Below, piece by piece: positions 1 to 10,139 of a stretch of 64,000 bases of DNA. This stretch comes from Collinsella sp. Lineage in GTDB: Bacteria; Actinomycetota; Coriobacteriia; Coriobacteriales; Coriobacteriaceae. A program made the position numbers and the translations under genes. Location: the NCBI GenBank assembly GCA_031296755.1, contig JAUMMZ010000003.1:1797-65796 (forward strand). The letters run 5' to 3'. Below the pieces are notes generated by a model, which saw nothing but the letters and a program-made list of their open reading frames with translations, searched no databases and was not told the DNA's origin. Positions within the stretch are counted from its first letter, which is position 1, and the number at the start of each line of letters is the position of its first letter.

Positions 1-1839
1 GATGCCCCGTGCTACCCCGATTTTATCGGCGACGCCTTTGCCGCGATGAGCGTCTGCGAGACGGCTCTGTTTGTGGTCGACGCCGAGGCCGGCCCGCAGC
101 CTACGACGGTTAAGCTCTGGTATGCCGCCGAGGACCTGCGACTGGCGCGTGCGGTGTTCGTAAACCGCCTGTCGCGCTCCGAGGCCAGCTTTGCGACCAC
201 GATGGACCTGCTGCAAGAGCGCTTTGGCACGCGCCTGGGCGCCGTGACCCTTCCCTGGGGCGAGGGCGAGGACTTTGACGGCATCATCGACCTGGTGCGC
301 ATGAAGGCGCGCCATTGCAACGGCACCGAAGCCGTTGAGTCGGAGATTCCCGAGGAGTATCGTGCCCAGGCCGAGGAAGCCCATGACCATCTGTGCGAGC
401 TGGTGGCCGAGGCTGACGATGAACTGATGATGAAGTACTTGGAAGGCGAGGAGACGCTGACGCAGGAGGAGCTTGAAGGCCTGCTGTCGAAGGCGATCGC
501 CGAGCGCATCTTTGTGCCGGTCTTTGCGGGCGATTGCATTAAGGAGCAGGGCGTCAACTCGCTGATGGACGACATCGCCACATACTTCCCGGCGCCGACC
601 GACTACGGCGAGATGCCGCTTATCGACGGCGATTCGCTCAAGATTTCAAGCGACGATGATCGTCCGGTGGCGTTTGTGTTTAAGACCCTGGCCGATCCGC
701 AGCAGGGTCGCATCAGCTTTATTAAGGTGCTGACGGGTACGCTTGAGCCGGGCCTTGAGCTGGTCAACGCGCGCACGCGCAAGGGCGACCGTCTGGCTCA
801 CCTGTATGTGATGTGCGGCCGCGACATGACCGAGGTCGGTCACGCCTATGCCGGCGACATTATCGTGGCACCCAAGCTGGCGGCCGAGACGGGCGATACG
901 CTCTCGATTACCGGCAAGGTCGAGGCTGCGGCGTTTAAGTTCCCCAACTCGCAGTACCGCATTGCCATCGAGGCCGAGAATCGCGGCGACGAAGAGAAGC
1001 TCTACACGTTTATCGAGAAGGCCTGCAAGGCCGATCCGACCATGAGCATCGACCGCGACGAGGAGACCGGCCAGACCATTATCTCCGCCGTTGGTGAGGC
1101 GCAGGTTTCGGTGCTGCTCAATCGTTTGGAGGATCGCACCAAGGTCGTAGCCAAGAGCGTGCCGATCCGCATTCCGTATCGCGAGACCATTCGCCGTACG
1201 GCAAGTGCCCAGGGCCGCCATAAGAAGCAGACCGGCGGCGCCGGTCAGTACGGCGACTGCTGGCTGCGCGTGGAGCCGCTCATTGGGCCCGACGGCACGA
1301 GCGATGGCTATGAGTTTGTGGACGAGGTCGTGGGCGGCCGCATTCCGCGCTCGCTGATCCCCGCCGTGGACAAGGGCGTCCAGGAGACCATGAAGGACGG
1401 CATCATTGCCGGCTATCCGCTCACGGGCATTCGCGTGGCTGTGTACGACGGCTCGTATCACAGCGTCGACTCCAACGAGATGGCGTTCCGCGCGGCGGCT
1501 CGCATCGGCCTGCGCAAGGCATGTGCCGATGCCGACCCGGTGGTGCTGGAGCCCATCGAGGAAATCACGGTGACTATTCCCGAGAGCTACGCCGGCGCCG
1601 TGATGGGCGACATCTCGGCCTCGCGCGGTCGCGTGACGGGTATGGAGACCGATGAGCGCGGCGATACCGTGGTCATTGCCCAGGCGCCGCTGGCAGAACT
1701 GACGGATTATTCGACGCGCCTACGCTCTATCACGCGCGGCACGGGCGACTTTACCATGAAGCCCGCAGGCTATGAGCAGGTGCCTTATGACGTTCAGGCC
1801 AAGCTGGTCGAGCGCTATGAGGAGGGCCGTGCCAAGTAG
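1..1839 (+). CDS. Elongation factor G family GTPase, 5' end cut by window edge
   Basis: Frame 1 is open from base 1 (DAPCYPDFIGD precedes the listed Met at 46). EF-G-like sequence includes GRHKKQTGGAGQYGD and YHSVDSNEMAF. A hairpin plus T-run follows. Confidence 0.85.
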   Translation, partial: DAPCYPDFIGDAFAAMSVCETALFVVDAEAGPQPTTVKLWYAAEDLRLARAVFVNRLSRSEASFATTMDLLQERFGTRLGAVTLPWGEGEDFDGIIDLVRMKARHCNGTEAVESEIPEEYRAQAEEAHDHLCELVAEADDELMMKYLEGEETLTQEELEGLLSKAIAERIFVPVFAGDCIKEQGVNSLMDDIATYFPAPTDYGEMPLIDGDSLKISSDDDRPVAFVFKTLADPQQGRISFIKVLTGTLEPGLELVNARTRKGDRLAHLYVMCGRDMTEVGHAYAGDIIVAPKLAAETGDTLSITGKVEAAAFKFPNSQYRIAIEAENRGDEEKLYTFIEKACKADPTMSIDRDEETGQTIISAVGEAQVSVLLNRLEDRTKVVAKSVPIRIPYRETIRRTASAQGRHKKQTGGAGQYGDCWLRVEPLIGPDGTSDGYEFVDEVVGGRIPRSLIPAVDKGVQETMKDGIIAGYPLTGIRVAVYDGSYHSVDSNEMAFRAAARIGLRKACADADPVVLEPIEEITVTIPESYAGAVMGDISASRGRVTGMETDERGDTVVIAQAPLAELTDYSTRLRSITRGTGDFTMKPAGYEQVPYDVQAKLVERYEEGRAK

Positions 1840-1875
1840 CGTTGGGCGTTGCCTGTAACATACATGCCGATGCAA

Positions 1876-1909
1876 GGGCCGCTCTGGCCAATCCAGGGCG
1901 GCCCTTTTT
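1876..1909 (+). terminator. Intrinsic terminator after EF-G-like gene
   Basis: GGGCCGC / GCGGCCC stem followed by TTTTT. Confidence 0.65.
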
Positions 1910-1968
1910 GATCCCTGGGGGATGGAGGAAAACGGTTCATTTTAAGTTTTGGGGCAGCTTGGCCGGCC

Positions 1969-2952
1969 CTAGTCTCCCGAGGCCTGATTGCGGCCGGTAG
2001 CGTAGTCGATCTGCACATGCGGCTGCAGATTGTAGCAGTACACGTGGAAGCAGAGGGTCTTGCCGTGGTCCTCGACCGATTGCGCCTCAAGACGCACGCC
2101 ACGGCAGACGAGTTCATCTTCGTTGTACATAGGCGTGACACGGTAGAGCACATGGTTGCCCGTCTCGCGGATGTAGCCGAGAATCTGCTCCTCAAATGGC
2201 AGCATGCCCGTTTCATTGAGATAACGCGTGCCGGTGAGGAGATTCTTGCGGTTGGCGTTTTCGCCGCAGAGCGACCAGGCGATGAGGTGACAGCGGTTGT
2301 AGAGGCTCTGGCCTGGAATAAAGTCGTAGCGTTGCTGGTGCCAGCCGGCAGGATGGATGCGCGAGATATCGCCGCGCTCGCCTTGACCGAGTGACTCGGG
2401 GCCCACGCAGGCGAGCGCCTTGCGAGTGCGACCCAGGCTGTCGAGCTTGGAGAACTTCTTAAAACAGCCCTCTTCGGCGGCACGCTCATACTCGTCGAGC
2501 GTGAACGACGGCATGCCCAACGGGTGCGTGCTGTCGGCGCGAAGGGCAACGTAGGGGTTGCCGGCGTAGTCGGGAATGCTGCTGAGGTATACGCCACGGG
2601 CGCGGTCGAGATCGGGGTTTTCCACCTCGTCGATGGGGGTGGCGGGGCTGTCTGTGGAGGTGTCGTCACCGGTGCCGGTTGCGGCGGAATCGGAGCCATC
2701 GCCAGCGTCCTGGCTATTTTGAGAGTCCGAGGAGCTCGCTGTTCCCGATTCGAGCCGGGCAACCAGGTCTGCCTCGTCGTCGTTGCGGCTGGGACTCTCG
2801 TTTTGTTTTTCGGCCAGAGCTGCCGCCTGTTCATCGCTTTGCGGCGACAGCAGCTTGGGAGCTCCGTCGAGCGATCCCGTAAACAGCGCAAATCCCAGCA
2901 CCACGGCGGTGCCGATGGAAAGTACTTGCTTGTAGGCGGACTTGCGCGACAT
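1969..2952 (-). CDS. Secreted or membrane-anchored DNA/RNA non-specific endonuclease (EndA/NucA-like)
   Basis: N-terminal hydrophobic anchor (IGTAVVLGFALF) and an acidic low-complexity linker. C-terminal nuclease-type domain with NRCHLIAWSL motif. AGGAG lies 5 nt upstream of the ATG. Confidence 0.75.
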   Translation of the reverse strand: MSRKSAYKQVLSIGTAVVLGFALFTGSLDGAPKLLSPQSDEQAAALAEKQNESPSRNDDEADLVARLESGTASSSDSQNSQDAGDGSDSAATGTGDDTSTDSPATPIDEVENPDLDRARGVYLSSIPDYAGNPYVALRADSTHPLGMPSFTLDEYERAAEEGCFKKFSKLDSLGRTRKALACVGPESLGQGERGDISRIHPAGWHQQRYDFIPGQSLYNRCHLIAWSLCGENANRKNLLTGTRYLNETGMLPFEEQILGYIRETGNHVLYRVTPMYNEDELVCRGVRLEAQSVEDHGKTLCFHVYCYNLQPHVQIDYATGRNQASGD

Positions 2953-3081
2953 TGAGGCTCCTGGACGGACGGTTGGGAGTCTACCAGTCTAGCAGGAGCC
3001 GGCAGGGGCCGTTCTGTCGAACAAATACTTAAGATTTGGGACAAGCGCTACTGATTCATTTGTCTCATATTTGACGTATGG

Positions 3082-4092
3082 CTAGATCGAGGTAGAACCG
3101 AGCCAGTTGAGCTTGCATTCGAGAATACGCTGCTCACCGGGCGTGCTGCTGCCATCGAGTAGCGCGAGGAGCATCTCGGCCGCCTCTCTGCCTTCCTGGT
3201 CGACGGGCTCGATGATGGTGGAGACGGTCGGCGTGGTGAGGTTGGTCCAGTCTTCGCAGTTGAGTCCCAAAAGACCGATTTGCTGCGGAAGTAGATGGGC
3301 CATGGGCTGGAGGGCCTTGTAGACACGGGGAAGTGCCCACTGATTTTGCACGAAGATAAGGGTTCGCTTGGCGGGGTTGAGCTTGTATTTAAAGTACTCG
3401 GTAAGCTCACTGACCGACGGCTTGTTGTGGTCGATGGAAATCGCTTTGTAGAGCTGTCCGTTCGCTGCCAGCGCCTCGGCATACCCCTGAAAACGCTCCA
3501 TGCGGGTGCGCATTTCGGTCATGTTGGCGGCAATGGAAAAGAAATCTTCGTAACCGGCGTCGAGGAGTGCCTGCGCGGCGTTGTACACACCGTCGTAAAG
3601 GTTGGTCTTGACCCAGCTGGTACCTGGGCTATAGATGGCCGCATCGAAAAAGACGACCGGCTTGCCGGCGCGTCTAATACGGTCGTGCACGGCTTTGAAG
3701 TTTGCCGTGGGCTGGATGATAAAGCCATCGACGCCCAGCGAGAGCATTTTGTCGACATACATGAGCTCGGTCTCGGGGTTAAAGTTGCTCGTGCAAACAA
3801 CCGTCTGGTAACCCGCGGGGAGCATGACCTGCTCCATGCCGTTGAGGACGAGGCCCGCCCATTTGTTGGTGTTATCCAAGATGATGATGGCGATGACGCG
3901 GGTCTGTTTGCCGGTGAGTGTTTGCGCCTGGGCGTTGGGGACGTATCCCAGCTCCTTTATAACGCGCGCGATCTTTGCCTGCGTTTTGTCGCTGAGCTTG
4001 TCTCGTTTGTCGTTGAGGTAATACGAGACGCTGGCTGTTGAAGTTCCCGCCTCGCGGGCGACGTCTGCAATCGTAACGCGCTGTTTGGTCAC
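3082..4092 (-). CDS. LacI family transcriptional regulator
   Basis: HTH VTIADVAREAGTSTASVSYYLN plus a periplasmic-binding-fold body. Start placed at GTG 4092, preceded by GGAAGGAG with a 5-nt spacer; the listed ORF extends to 4197 without an RBS. Divergent from the PTS operon. Confidence 0.85.
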   Translation of the reverse strand: MTKQRVTIADVAREAGTSTASVSYYLNDKRDKLSDKTQAKIARVIKELGYVPNAQAQTLTGKQTRVIAIIILDNTNKWAGLVLNGMEQVMLPAGYQTVVCTSNFNPETELMYVDKMLSLGVDGFIIQPTANFKAVHDRIRRAGKPVVFFDAAIYSPGTSWVKTNLYDGVYNAAQALLDAGYEDFFSIAANMTEMRTRMERFQGYAEALAANGQLYKAISIDHNKPSVSELTEYFKYKLNPAKRTLIFVQNQWALPRVYKALQPMAHLLPQQIGLLGLNCEDWTNLTTPTVSTIIEPVDQEGREAAEMLLALLDGSSTPGEQRILECKLNWLGSTSI

Positions 4093-4503
4093 AGCGACTC
4101 CTTCCGACAAATTGCGTTGTTTGGCGCGGTGGTTCACGTTCGGGTTGCGGGCACACGATTCTGCCTGTCCTTTCGCCCTTTTATGAGTATGCAACAATAC
4201 CGTATCCGTGGGGTCCGAAATTCGTGGCGGTTATGCAAGCCTGCCGTCTACCGAGAAATCTAAATACTTCTTGACTTTTAAAAAAGAGATCAAAAACGCA
4301 GGATTCATTTTTGGTTAAACGCATAACTAAATTGCATAACCAACGCTCTGACCTGCGCGTTTACCGAAATAAGCTGGTATTAAGAAAAATGAGCACCTAT
4401 ATTGGTCTTGTCGAAAAGACAGCAAGTCCAAACGGCAGGGGATGCTCCGGAGGCCTCCGCAAACGGTGTCTTGCGCACGCAACTCTATGAAAAGAGGGAA
4501 GCA

Positions 4504-5976
4504 ATGAAGATCGTAGGCGTTGCCGCCTGTACCGTGGGTATCGCCCACACGTATATGGCCCAGAAGGCGATTCAGGATGAATGCGCCGCCCGTGGCATCG
4601 AGTGCAAGGTCGAGGCTCAGGGTGGCCTGGGTATCGAGAATGAGCTCACGCAGGAAGACGTGGACTCCGCCGACCTGGTCCTGGAGTCCGTCGACGTGGG
4701 TGTCGAAAACGAGGACCGTTTTGAGCAGAAGATGGCCGAGGGCAAGTTCCTCAAGGTCGGTACTTCCGATGTGATCGCCGATCCGGTCAAGATCATCGAC
4801 CAGGCTGTTGAGATTATCAAGGCGACGGGTGGCGCCGTTGACGCGCCCGAGGCCGAGGCCAAGGCAGAGAAGAAGGCCGCCTCCGCTGCCCCGCAGGCCC
4901 CGACACCGGCGTCCAAGCAGTCTATCTTTGCCGATCCTGGCAAGACGCTGCTCAATGCATTCAATACCGGCGTTTCCTATTTTATCCCCATTGTCGTTAT
5001 CGGTGGCGTGTTCCTCGCCTTCTCGTTGGCATCCGGTACTGCCGGTGCTAACGGCATGGAGGTCACCAACCCGTTGATGGTGAGCCTTAACACCATCGGT
5101 ATGGCCGGCATCTCTATGATGATTCCGGTGCTTGCGGCATACATCGCTTACTCGATGGCCGGCAAGCCCGCGCTTGCCCCTGGTTTTGTCCTGGGCTACT
5201 TGGTCAACAACGCCGTCGTCACCCCGAGTGGCAACAGCGTTTCGACCGGCTTCTTGGGCGCCATGATCATGGCTGTCATCTGCGGTTACTTTGTCCGCTG
5301 GATGAAGACCTGGAAGGTCAACAACACCATCCAGACCATCATGCCGATCCTGATCATCCCGATTCTGACCTCGCTCGTCCTGGGCATGGCCTACATCTAC
5401 ATCCTGGCCACGCCGCTTGGCTTTGTGATGGATTGGCTCACCAGCGTGCTCGGTAGCCTGCAGGGCGGCTCCGCCGTCGTCCTGGGCCTGGTCATTGGCG
5501 TTATGACCGCCTTCGATATGGGTGGTCCCGTCAACAAGACCGCTTCGACCTTTACCATGGCCATCATGGCCTCCGGCATCTACGGCCCCAACGGTATGTT
5601 CCGCGTCGCTGTCGCCATTCCCCCGATTGCTTGCGGCCTCGCTGCGCTCATCGCCAAGAACAAGTTCGATGACGCTGACCGTCAGATGGGTATCTCCGCA
5701 CTGTTTATGGGCTGCATCGGTATTACCGAGGGCGCTATCCCCTTCGCGGTCAAGGATCTCGGTCACACCCTTCCCGGCATCTGCATCGGTTCTGCCGTGG
5801 GTGCGGCGCTTGCCGCCTTCCAGGGTATCGACTGCTACGTCCCGCACGGTGGCTTTATTGTCGCCCTTGCCACCAACAACGTCGCGCTGTTCTGCCTGGA
5901 CATCGTGATTGGCTCCGTGGTCGCCGCTGCAATCCTGATTGCCATGAAGCCCACGCTCGACAAGCAGGCCAAGTAA
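4504..5976 (+). CDS. PTS fructose-family EIIBC component
   Basis: MKIVGVAACTVGIAHTYMA EIIB(Fru)-type Cys motif, an Ala/Glu/Lys/Pro linker and a multi-TM EIIC. ATG 4504 is preceded by AGAGGGAA. Confidence 0.85.
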   Translation: MKIVGVAACTVGIAHTYMAQKAIQDECAARGIECKVEAQGGLGIENELTQEDVDSADLVLESVDVGVENEDRFEQKMAEGKFLKVGTSDVIADPVKIIDQAVEIIKATGGAVDAPEAEAKAEKKAASAAPQAPTPASKQSIFADPGKTLLNAFNTGVSYFIPIVVIGGVFLAFSLASGTAGANGMEVTNPLMVSLNTIGMAGISMMIPVLAAYIAYSMAGKPALAPGFVLGYLVNNAVVTPSGNSVSTGFLGAMIMAVICGYFVRWMKTWKVNNTIQTIMPILIIPILTSLVLGMAYIYILATPLGFVMDWLTSVLGSLQGGSAVVLGLVIGVMTAFDMGGPVNKTASTFTMAIMASGIYGPNGMFRVAVAIPPIACGLAALIAKNKFDDADRQMGISALFMGCIGITEGAIPFAVKDLGHTLPGICIGSAVGAALAAFQGIDCYVPHGGFIVALATNNVALFCLDIVIGSVVAAAILIAMKPTLDKQAK

Positions 5977-6120
5977 CCCTTTAAGGACTCCGGTTGTGCG
6001 GAGGGATGGATTTGACTCCGCACAACCGCCCCTACACAACAAAATCCATCCGTACTGATAGGGCCCGCATCTGGGTCCCAGGGAACTTTTGTCAAAAATC
6101 CTCTGGAGAAGGAGAACAAA

Positions 6121-7395
6121 ATGTCCAACCTCACCATCCGCCAGGCCGTTCAGGGCATGCTCAAGCTGCAAGATAGCGGCGATCACGCAACCATGGTCGG
6201 CATTGGCCCCATGAGCCCCAACCTGATTCAGGCCGTGTTCGAGCTTGCCAAGGACGAGGATTTCCCGCCCATGTTTATCGCCAGCCGCAACCAGGTCGAT
6301 ATGGACGAGATGGGCGCCGGCTACGTCAACGGTTGGGACCAGAAGCGCTTTGCCGCCGACATCAAGAAGGTTGCCGACGAGGTGGGTTACACCGGCCCGT
6401 ACTACCTGTGCCGCGATCACGGCGGTCCGTGGCAGCGCGACGAGGAGCGTAACGCCCACCTGCCCGAGGACGAGGCCATGGAGCTCGCCCGCAAGTCCTT
6501 CGTCGCCGACATGGAGGCAGGCTTTGACCTGCTGATGGTCGACCCCACCAAGGACCCCTATCAGATCGGCAAGGTTATTCCGCTTGACGTGGTGCTTCGC
6601 CGCACGATCGATCTTATCGACTACCTTGAGCAGTACCGTCGCGAGCATAACCTGCCCGAGGTCGCCTATGAGGTCGGTACCGAGGAGACCAATGGCGGGT
6701 TGACCTCTACCGATAAGTACGAGGAGTTCATTTCTCAGCTGCAGCCCGAGCTCGAGAAGCGCGGCTGCCCCATGCCCACCTTTATCGTCGGCCAGACCGG
6801 TACGCTCACCCGTTGGACCGAGCAGGTTGGCCATTACAACTTTAAGAACGCCCGCGAGCTCGCCGACATGGCAAAGCGCTACGGCGTGGGCCTGAAGGAG
6901 CACAACGCCGACTACCTGGACGACGCGACGCTGCTCGAGCACATTCCGGCTCATGTGACCGCTTCCAATGTCGCCCCTCAGTACGGCACCGAGGAGACCC
7001 GCGCCTACCTCAAGCTCTGCGCTACCGAGCAGATTCTGGTCGACAACGGCCTGTGCGACGATCCCTCCGACCTGTATCACACGCTGCTGGTCAAGGCTAT
7101 CAAGACCGAGCGCTGGCGCAAGTGGATGACCGGCGATGATGTCAACCTGCAGGTTGACGACATTCTGGCCGACGACGAGCTCAGCCTGAAGATTCTGGAT
7201 GTCTCCGGCCACTACGCGTTCAACGATCCCGAGGTCAAGGAGCAGGTCGAGAAGCTCTATCGCAACCTCGCTGCCCAGGATATCGACGGCAAGCGCTTTG
7301 TGATCGAGCACATCAAGCGCCCGATTAAGCAGTACGTCGTCGGTCTTAACCTCAAGGGCGTCACGAGCCGCATCGAGAAGGCTCTCGAGGACTAG
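6121..7395 (+). CDS. GatZ/KbaZ-like protein (tagatose-bisphosphate aldolase non-catalytic subunit / ketose-phosphate epimerase family)
   Basis: 424 aa. N-terminus (LKLQDSGDHATMVGIGPMSPNLIQAV..FIASRNQVD) is typical of the family. GGAGAAGGAG RBS. Confidence 0.7.
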   Translation: MSNLTIRQAVQGMLKLQDSGDHATMVGIGPMSPNLIQAVFELAKDEDFPPMFIASRNQVDMDEMGAGYVNGWDQKRFAADIKKVADEVGYTGPYYLCRDHGGPWQRDEERNAHLPEDEAMELARKSFVADMEAGFDLLMVDPTKDPYQIGKVIPLDVVLRRTIDLIDYLEQYRREHNLPEVAYEVGTEETNGGLTSTDKYEEFISQLQPELEKRGCPMPTFIVGQTGTLTRWTEQVGHYNFKNARELADMAKRYGVGLKEHNADYLDDATLLEHIPAHVTASNVAPQYGTEETRAYLKLCATEQILVDNGLCDDPSDLYHTLLVKAIKTERWRKWMTGDDVNLQVDDILADDELSLKILDVSGHYAFNDPEVKEQVEKLYRNLAAQDIDGKRFVIEHIKRPIKQYVVGLNLKGVTSRIEKALED

Positions 7396-7613
7396 GTAGT
7401 TCCGGCGTTTTGACAAACGCCGGACCGGTCGACGCTGCGCGAGCATCTGCCGGGCAATCTGGCGCTCAAGCCGTCGCTCGCGTACCAAAGTACGCTTCGC
7501 TCCTCTTTCGCACCACCTTGCCACGGCAGCCGCCCGCTCGCTGACGTTGGTTCGACCAGTGATTGAGCCGTTGTCCTTAGATTGCTAGCTATTCCTTCGA
7601 AGGAGTTTGTACC

Positions 7614-8297
7614 ATGAAGTTCTTTATCGATACCGCCAACCTTGACGAGATCGCCGAGGCCAAGAGCTGGGGCTGCCTTGCCGGCGTCACCACCAATCCG
7701 TCCCTGTACGCCAAGACCGGCGGTAAGCTCGCCGACTTTGAGCCCCATATGCTCAAGATTGCCGAGCTCTGCGAGGGTCTGCCCGTGTCTGCCGAGTCCA
7801 CCGCGACTACTGCCGAGGGCATGATCGAGGAGGGCAAGCGTCTTGCCGCCCTGGCTCCCAACATTGTGGTCAAGCTCCCCGTCTGCGAGGCCGGCCTCGC
7901 CGCCTGCCGCGCGCTGGCCGATGCGGGCGTGCGCGTCAACATGACGCTCGTCTTCTCGCCGACCCAGGCCTTGATGGCCGCCAACGCCGGCGCCCGCTAC
8001 ATCAGCCCGTTTGTGGGACGCTTCGATGACATAGCCGAGGACGGTATCTCGCAGCTCGACAACGTTGTGACCTGCATCAAGAACTATGACTGGACCGGTA
8101 AGAACGTCGACGACACCGTCGAGATCATCACCGCATCCGTCCGCACGCCCAATCACGTGACCCAGGCGGCGCTACTCGGTGCCGATATTGCGACCGTCCC
8201 CATGGCCGCTCTTAAGAAATGCCTGCATCACCCGCTGACCGACCAGGGCCTTGCCTCGTTCGAGGCCGACTGGAAAAAGGTCGTCGAGGCACAGTAA
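7614..8297 (+). CDS. Fructose-6-phosphate aldolase / short (type 3B) transaldolase family protein
   Basis: MKFFIDTANLDEI..GVTTNPSL..VKLP..SPFVGR motifs over 227 aa. GAAGGAG RBS. Confidence 0.85.
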   Translation: MKFFIDTANLDEIAEAKSWGCLAGVTTNPSLYAKTGGKLADFEPHMLKIAELCEGLPVSAESTATTAEGMIEEGKRLAALAPNIVVKLPVCEAGLAACRALADAGVRVNMTLVFSPTQALMAANAGARYISPFVGRFDDIAEDGISQLDNVVTCIKNYDWTGKNVDDTVEIITASVRTPNHVTQAALLGADIATVPMAALKKCLHHPLTDQGLASFEADWKKVVEAQ

Positions 8298-8359
8298 CGA
8301 TGGTTCTGCCGGCCCAGCATTTGTTATGCCGGGCCGGCGTGCTCAAGAGAGGAAACTCC

Positions 8360-9190
8360 ATGACCGATCAGGAACTGGCCAAGATTGCCAATGAGGTTCG
8401 CCGCGGTATTGTCACGGGTGTCCACGCCGCCAAGTCGGGGCATCCGGGCGGGTCGCTTGGCGCCGCCGACATTATGACCTACCTCTACTTTGAGGAAATG
8501 GATGTCGACCCGGCAAATCCGAGCCGCGCCGACCGCGACCGCTTTGTGCTCTCCAAGGGCCATTGCGCTCCGGCACTCTATGCCGTGCTCGCCGAGCGCG
8601 AGTTCTTTCCCAAGGAGGAGCTCGAGACGCTCCGTCATATCGGCAGCCGCCTGCAGGGCCATCCCAATATGAATGACACGCCGGGCGTCGACATGTCTAC
8701 CGGATCGCTCGGTCAGGGTATCTCCGCCGCGGTTGGAATGGCGCTCGCCGCAAAGCACTGGGGTGACAGCTACCGCGTCTACACGCTGTTGGGCGACGGC
8801 GAGTGCGAGGAGGGCCAGGTGTGGGAGGCGGCCATGTTCGCCGGCAACTACGACCTGGATAACCTCGTCGCTATCGTCGATCACAATGGCCTGCAAATTG
8901 ACGGCAGTATCGACGAAGTTAACTCGGCTATGCCGCTTGCCGACAAGTTCCGTGCCTTTAAGTGGCATGTGATTGAGCTCGCCGACGGTAACGACATGGC
9001 GCAGATTGCTGCCGCCTTTGCCGAGGCCCGCAAAGTGAGCGACTCGCCTGTGGCCATTATCGCCGAGACGGTGAAGGGCAAGGGTGTTTCCTTTATGGAA
9101 AACCAGGTGGGCTGGCACGGCAAGGCACCCAACGATGAACAGTTTGAGCAGGCCATGGCCGAGCTCGCAGCAGCAGGGGAGGAGCTCTAA
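8360..9190 (+). CDS. Transketolase, N-terminal (TPP-binding) subunit
   Basis: SGHPGGSLGAADI and GDGECEEGQVWEA motifs. ATG 8360 preceded by AGAGAGGAAA; the listed ORF start at 8219 overlaps the upstream gene. Confidence 0.9.
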   Translation: MTDQELAKIANEVRRGIVTGVHAAKSGHPGGSLGAADIMTYLYFEEMDVDPANPSRADRDRFVLSKGHCAPALYAVLAEREFFPKEELETLRHIGSRLQGHPNMNDTPGVDMSTGSLGQGISAAVGMALAAKHWGDSYRVYTLLGDGECEEGQVWEAAMFAGNYDLDNLVAIVDHNGLQIDGSIDEVNSAMPLADKFRAFKWHVIELADGNDMAQIAAAFAEARKVSDSPVAIIAETVKGKGVSFMENQVGWHGKAPNDEQFEQAMAELAAAGEEL

Positions 9191-10128
9191 TGGCAGACGT
9201 CAAGAAAGTCGCCACGCGCGTTAGCTATGGCGAGGCACTTGTCGAGCTGGGCAATGAGCACGATGACTTTGTGGTTCTCGATGCCGACCTGGCCGCCGCC
9301 ACGCAGACCGGTAAGTTTAAGGCTGCGCACCCTGAGCGCTTCTACGACGCCGGCATTGCCGAGAGCAACTTGATGGGGCTTGCCGCCGGCATTGCAACCA
9401 CGGGCCACGTCGCTTTTGCAAGCACCTTTGCCATGTTCGCCGCCGGCCGCGCGTACGAGCAAGTGCGTAATTCCATCGGCTATCCGCACCTCAACGTCAA
9501 AATCGGCGCCACGCATGCGGGCATTTCGGTCGGTGAAGACGGCGCCACGCATCAGTGCTGCGAGGACATCGCGCTCATGCGCACGATCCCGGGTATGACG
9601 GTGATCGTTCCCGCCGATGACATCGAGGCTCGCGCTTGCGTGCGCGCCGCCTATGAGTTTGAGGGACCGGTCTACATGCGTTTCGGCCGCCTGGCAACAC
9701 CGGTCATCAACGATCGCGAGGACTATGAGTTCAAGATTGGTCGCGGAGTGGTCGTGCGCGAGGGGTCCGATGTGACCATCATCGCTTGTGGCCTCATGGT
9801 TGCCGAGGCGCTTGAAGCTGCCGAGGCGCTCGCTGTCGATGGTATCGATGCCGAGGTTATCAACATGCACACGATCAAGCCGCTTGATGAGCGCCTGGTA
9901 GTTGCCAGCGCCAAGAAGACCGGTCGCGTGGTCACTGCCGAGGAGCACTCGATTATCGGCGGTCTTGGCGAGGCCGTGGCCTCGGTACTCGCGGAACAGC
10001 ATCCGGTGCCGATGCGACGTGTCGGCGTGCGCGATATGTATGGCGAGTCCGGCCCTGCGGTCGATTTGCTGCACGAGTACGGTTTGGACGCCGACGGTAT
10101 CGAAGCTGCGGTCAGGTCTGTGTTGTAA
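9190..10128 (+). CDS. Transketolase, C-terminal (pyrimidine-binding) subunit
   Basis: TAATG stop/start overlap with the N-terminal subunit. GIAESNLMG and EDGATHQ motifs. Confidence 0.9.
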   Translation: MADVKKVATRVSYGEALVELGNEHDDFVVLDADLAAATQTGKFKAAHPERFYDAGIAESNLMGLAAGIATTGHVAFASTFAMFAAGRAYEQVRNSIGYPHLNVKIGATHAGISVGEDGATHQCCEDIALMRTIPGMTVIVPADDIEARACVRAAYEFEGPVYMRFGRLATPVINDREDYEFKIGRGVVVREGSDVTIIACGLMVAEALEAAEALAVDGIDAEVINMHTIKPLDERLVVASAKKTGRVVTAEEHSIIGGLGEAVASVLAEQHPVPMRRVGVRDMYGESGPAVDLLHEYGLDADGIEAAVRSVL

Positions 10129-10139
10129 GGAAGGTTTCC

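Noticed and set aside
4198-4503. Specific LacI operator and promoter in the LacI/PTS divergent region (GTTATGCAA at 4231 and TTGCATAAC at 4339, TTGACT at 4271)
   Set aside because: The motif copies are about 100 bp apart and do not form a canonical 14-20 bp LacI-type palindrome. No -10 element sits at proper spacing from TTGACT. This is too weak to annotate.
4327-7524. Very long antisense ORFs (1065 aa here; also 14771-16570, 24776-26149, 31487-33166, 35534-37453, 47521-49743, 49918-51423, 57073-59295, 61433-63166)
   Set aside because: These are shadow ORFs typical of high-GC DNA opposite well-supported genes. Their translations are low-complexity and rich in Arg, Gly, Ala, His and Asp, with no recognisable domains.
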